DNA of 64,000 nucleotides from an uncultured bacterium (GTDB lineage Bacteria; Acidobacteriota; HRBIN11; JAKEFK01): NCBI GenBank assembly GCA_963777505.1, contig CAVZQN010000007.1, positions 138,452 to 202,451 of the forward strand, read 5' to 3'. Shown piece by piece: positions 61,129 to 64,000 of this stretch (position 1 is its first letter; each line of letters starts with the position of its first letter). The notes under the pieces were generated by a model. It saw only the letters and a program-made list of their open reading frames with translations, ran no database searches and was not told where the DNA came from. The position numbers and the translations under genes were made by a program.

Positions 61129-64000
61129 TCACAGGTGAACCATTTCGCGATATCGGCAGAGGGCGTTTGCTAATTTCATCTGCCGCGGGGTTTTACATTC
61201 GGGTTCAAATAACTTTGGATTTGCAACAAGAATACAAACACAACGTGCGCGAGAAGTGGCAACATTGAAACGGTTGAGGCTGTATAGAAATTCCATCCCG
61301 CGGGGAGCTTCTTCCGGTGAAGAAGTGGTCATCGAATAAATGACAACAGGAGCTTCCTGCCCTTGGAATTTATCAACTGTACCGATGCGGTCACTATGAA
61401 TCCGCTCCGATAATTTGAACACTTGCGCATTGTATGGAGCAACAATCAGGATGTCATCTAACGTGATCGCGTGCGACTGTCCTTCTTGATCAATCCACGT
61501 CATGCCGGTAAGCTCATTCACAATCTCTGAAATAACACTGACTTCTTCATCGGAACTGCTTTGATTTCCTTCATGTTCAACCGGAACAAAAAATAATCCA
61601 GATCCTGCAAAGCGTGATGGACCTTCCAATTTTTGTTGACTGAGCTCTTTGCGAGATTCCAAACGATTGTCATAAAACAATTCGGAAGTGAATTCGCAAA
61701 TCTTAGGTGCAAGACGCCAGGTATGTTCCAGAAAAAGCCCCCGCTCTGGCGGCATCGTTTCTGCTTCACCAAGAATGTGTTCCAATGCAGACACAGCCAC
61801 GCCTGGTGGATGAGTGCCTTGCAAGGGCTGTTCAAGCTGACGTGGATCGCCAAGCAACACAACACTCTTTGCAGCTTGCGATACGGCAAGCACATCAGCC
61901 AACGACATTTGCCCTGCTTCATCCACAAACAACACATCGAGCTTTTCTGCAAGATCTTCGCGCGACCACAGCCATGCGGTGCCTGCTGCAATGTCTACTT
62001 CGTTGTTCAGCAATGCATCCAAAACATCTGCGTTATGATCAACTTCAATAATCTCAGGACATTCTTCAAATTCATTCGAAGTTTTCTGAATGCACCGAAT
62101 GCGCAATTTTTCTTCTTTGGCTGCTTTAACTACTTCATCCAATAATTTTCGGATGACTTTGTGACTCATCGCAGTGATGCCAACCTTCTTGCGATTGCGC
62201 ACCAGCTCGCAAATCATGCGCGCACCGGTGTAGGTCTTCCCTGCCCCAGGCGGACCTTGAATCGGCAGCACACTGTGATCGAGTTGTAGAACTAATCTTG
62301 CATTACCTGGTAGGGGCGGGTCTAAGACCCGCCCGCTGCGGCGGGTACCGCAGCAGTAGATCACGCGCTGCACGATACGGACCCTCTGCATCAATTCCAT
62401 GATCTGCGATCCATGTGCCTAATCGAAACAAAGAATCTTCCTTTTCACCGGAATCAATGTGGTTAAATACAAATGCGGAAGATGGATGTTTTTCTTTCAT
62501 CTTCATACGCTTGCTTATATCAACAGTCAGCGCGGCTCGATTGATTGCTTTAACATCTCCCAATGTTCCATCGCAGGTTTCTAACTGATCACCTTCGCGA
62601 ACTTCCGTATCTTGAAATGGGAAGCGATAACGATCAATTGGGCACTTTGGTGTTCCGCCTTTCCGTTCAACAAACTCCATTCCCGATATCGCCTCGCGTT
62701 CTTCCAGCAACTCTTGATCGGATAGTTCCTTCATCCGGTAGTATTCCCACCATGTGGCTTTGTCTTCACGGCGATGCCATTCCAGCATGTACGCAATCAA
62801 CGATTTGGCATGCTGCTCTGCGGTTCTTTCATTTGGATCTGGCGAAATTCCAGCAAGCAAACGCTGCATCAATGCAAGCACGCGGTTCCGCTGTTCATTA
62901 ACAGCATCACTTGGTTCAGGTGATTGCACTGTTGGTCGCAGAATCTCTTTTCCCTGGTCGATCAACTCCGTTCGGATTGTTTCCAGCCAATTTCGAAGTT
63001 CCAAAGTCGAATAGCAATCTTCGAAGTTATAGGCTTCAACCGTATTCAATGTTTCTTTTGAAACATCATCGAGGGTGTTCAGTTCCAACGCGCATTCCAG
63101 AAGTCTGCGGCATTTTGTTGCATCACGCAGATCGGTTTTCCGTTTGAAGTCAAAAAAGATTTCCAGGTCTTTTAATGAATACCGCTCAATGCCTGCGCGA
63201 AGAGTCTGTTTTAGAACCGAATGCAAATCCACAAACAATCCTGCTCTCAGCATACGATCGAGTTCGTCTTCCTTGCTGGAATAACGTCCTGCGAGCCGCT
63301 TCAAAGCAGCAGGGTCATAAGGCGAAAAATGATAAATGTGCAAATCAGGAAAACGCTCCCAACGTTGCGTGATCAGATCGATGAAACGTTCGAATGCCTG
63401 TCGTTCATCGATTCGATTCAAACCCCAGAGTGCCGTGTACGTAGGGGCGGGTCTAAGACCCGCCCGTTCTTCCACAATCAAGTTCTTGGTAGGGGCGGCC
63501 CTTGTGGCCGCCCTTTCATCCAAAAGCAAATATCCAAGCAAATATTCGATCCCGCTTTCTTCTACAAATGGATCCGATTCAAAATCAAAAAAGATGTCGC
63601 CTTGGGATGGTTCCGGCAACCGGGCGAGACCGCGTTCTGCTTCCAAAGTGAGCAATTCATGAACCGGCTTATGGGTTGTGCGCGATTCCAGTTGCAGTTT
63701 CGCTTGATGGCGGATCTTTTCGTACGATTCAATCGAACCACGCTCCGGACGTTCCGTGAACTTTGCGACTGCGAGATTTGCAAGTGTAGAAATTTCGCGA
63801 TTGCGCAGTTCACGCATTTGCAACTTTGAGATTCCAGCAACAAAAGAAAGATGATCATCCTTCCTGCGATGATCATTGCAGCTCGGCCACCAGGAACAAA
63901 TCTCGCAGTGGTCTACAGGGTCTGGATATGTTCCCGGCGTTGTTTGGATCGCCTTCTCCAATCGTGCTTTTACAAAACGATAGTACGCGAGGTAATCATG
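61129..64000 (-). CDS. TM0106-family RecB-like nuclease / SF1 (DNA2/NAM7-like) helicase; 5' end outside window; frame break near 62305
   Basis: HCEICSW..C, DIFFDFESDPF, RYSLKDLE, YNFEDC; helicase IQGPPGAGKT, VDEAGQ, LLGDPRQL, GTVDKFQGQE, NRFNVATSRA. Confidence 0.9.
62310..62334 (+). repeat. GTAG-type REP-like palindrome at the nuclease/helicase junction
   Basis: GTAG-GGGCGGGTC-TAA-GACCCGCCC; reads RAGLRPAPT in the host gene. Confidence 0.85.
63441..63465 (+). repeat. GTAG-type REP-like palindrome, in-frame within CDS
   Basis: Identical to 62310..62334. Confidence 0.85.
63489..63513 (+). repeat. GTAG-type REP-like palindrome variant, in-frame within CDS
   Basis: GTAG-GGGCGGCC-CTTGT-GGCCGCCC; reads RAATRAAPT. 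Confidence 0.8.

Noticed and set aside
1-64000. Prophage, IS element, rRNA/tRNA or secretion-apparatus genes
   Set aside because: No integrase, transposase, phage structural, sct/fli core or structured RNA signatures recognised by eye

Overview
64-kb accessory, housekeeping-free region (roughly 45% GC by eye) whose gene repertoire (kinase-coupled ECF sigma factor, Ser/Thr kinase-TPR receptors, FG-GAP and SBBP proteins, M4 peptidases) suggests an Acidobacteriota-like environmental bacterium. The taxonomy is inference only. No rRNA, tRNA, CRISPR array, integrase or transposase was recognised. Many genes are split by single-base indels, probably assembly errors, and several are true decayed relics. 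The main signal is a dispersed set of about 12 orphan genes encoding proteins that lack Sec signal peptides but have Ser/Thr/Pro/Gln-rich N-termini typical of type III or flagellar export substrates. Most share one of two N-terminal motifs (A: G[IV]xx[IT]xDxFE; B: a 15-residue amphipathic motif such as RSEAMFSTMAMRSQL). Cargo includes a peptidoglycan-binding HExxH metallopeptidase, an L,D-transpeptidase-like domain, a calpain-like protease, RTX-like repeats and translocator-like hydrophobic hairpins. One member is coupled to a SycD/LcrH-like chaperone. Nine of them are preceded by one of three promoter classes readable in the DNA: sigma54 (-24/-12), sigma28-like, and an unassigned CGTYCACT-N12/13-CGTCTTNNTTAA box. 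The secretion apparatus itself is not in the window. Also present are an ECF/unknown/ImmA-IrrE operon, an FHA-GAF-sigma54 activator with a GAFEGA loop, GTAG-type REP elements inserted in coding sequences, duplicated 3' ends of a TM0106-like helicase next to cargo genes, a 114-bp promoter duplication, TA modules and an orphan ATP-grasp ligase.
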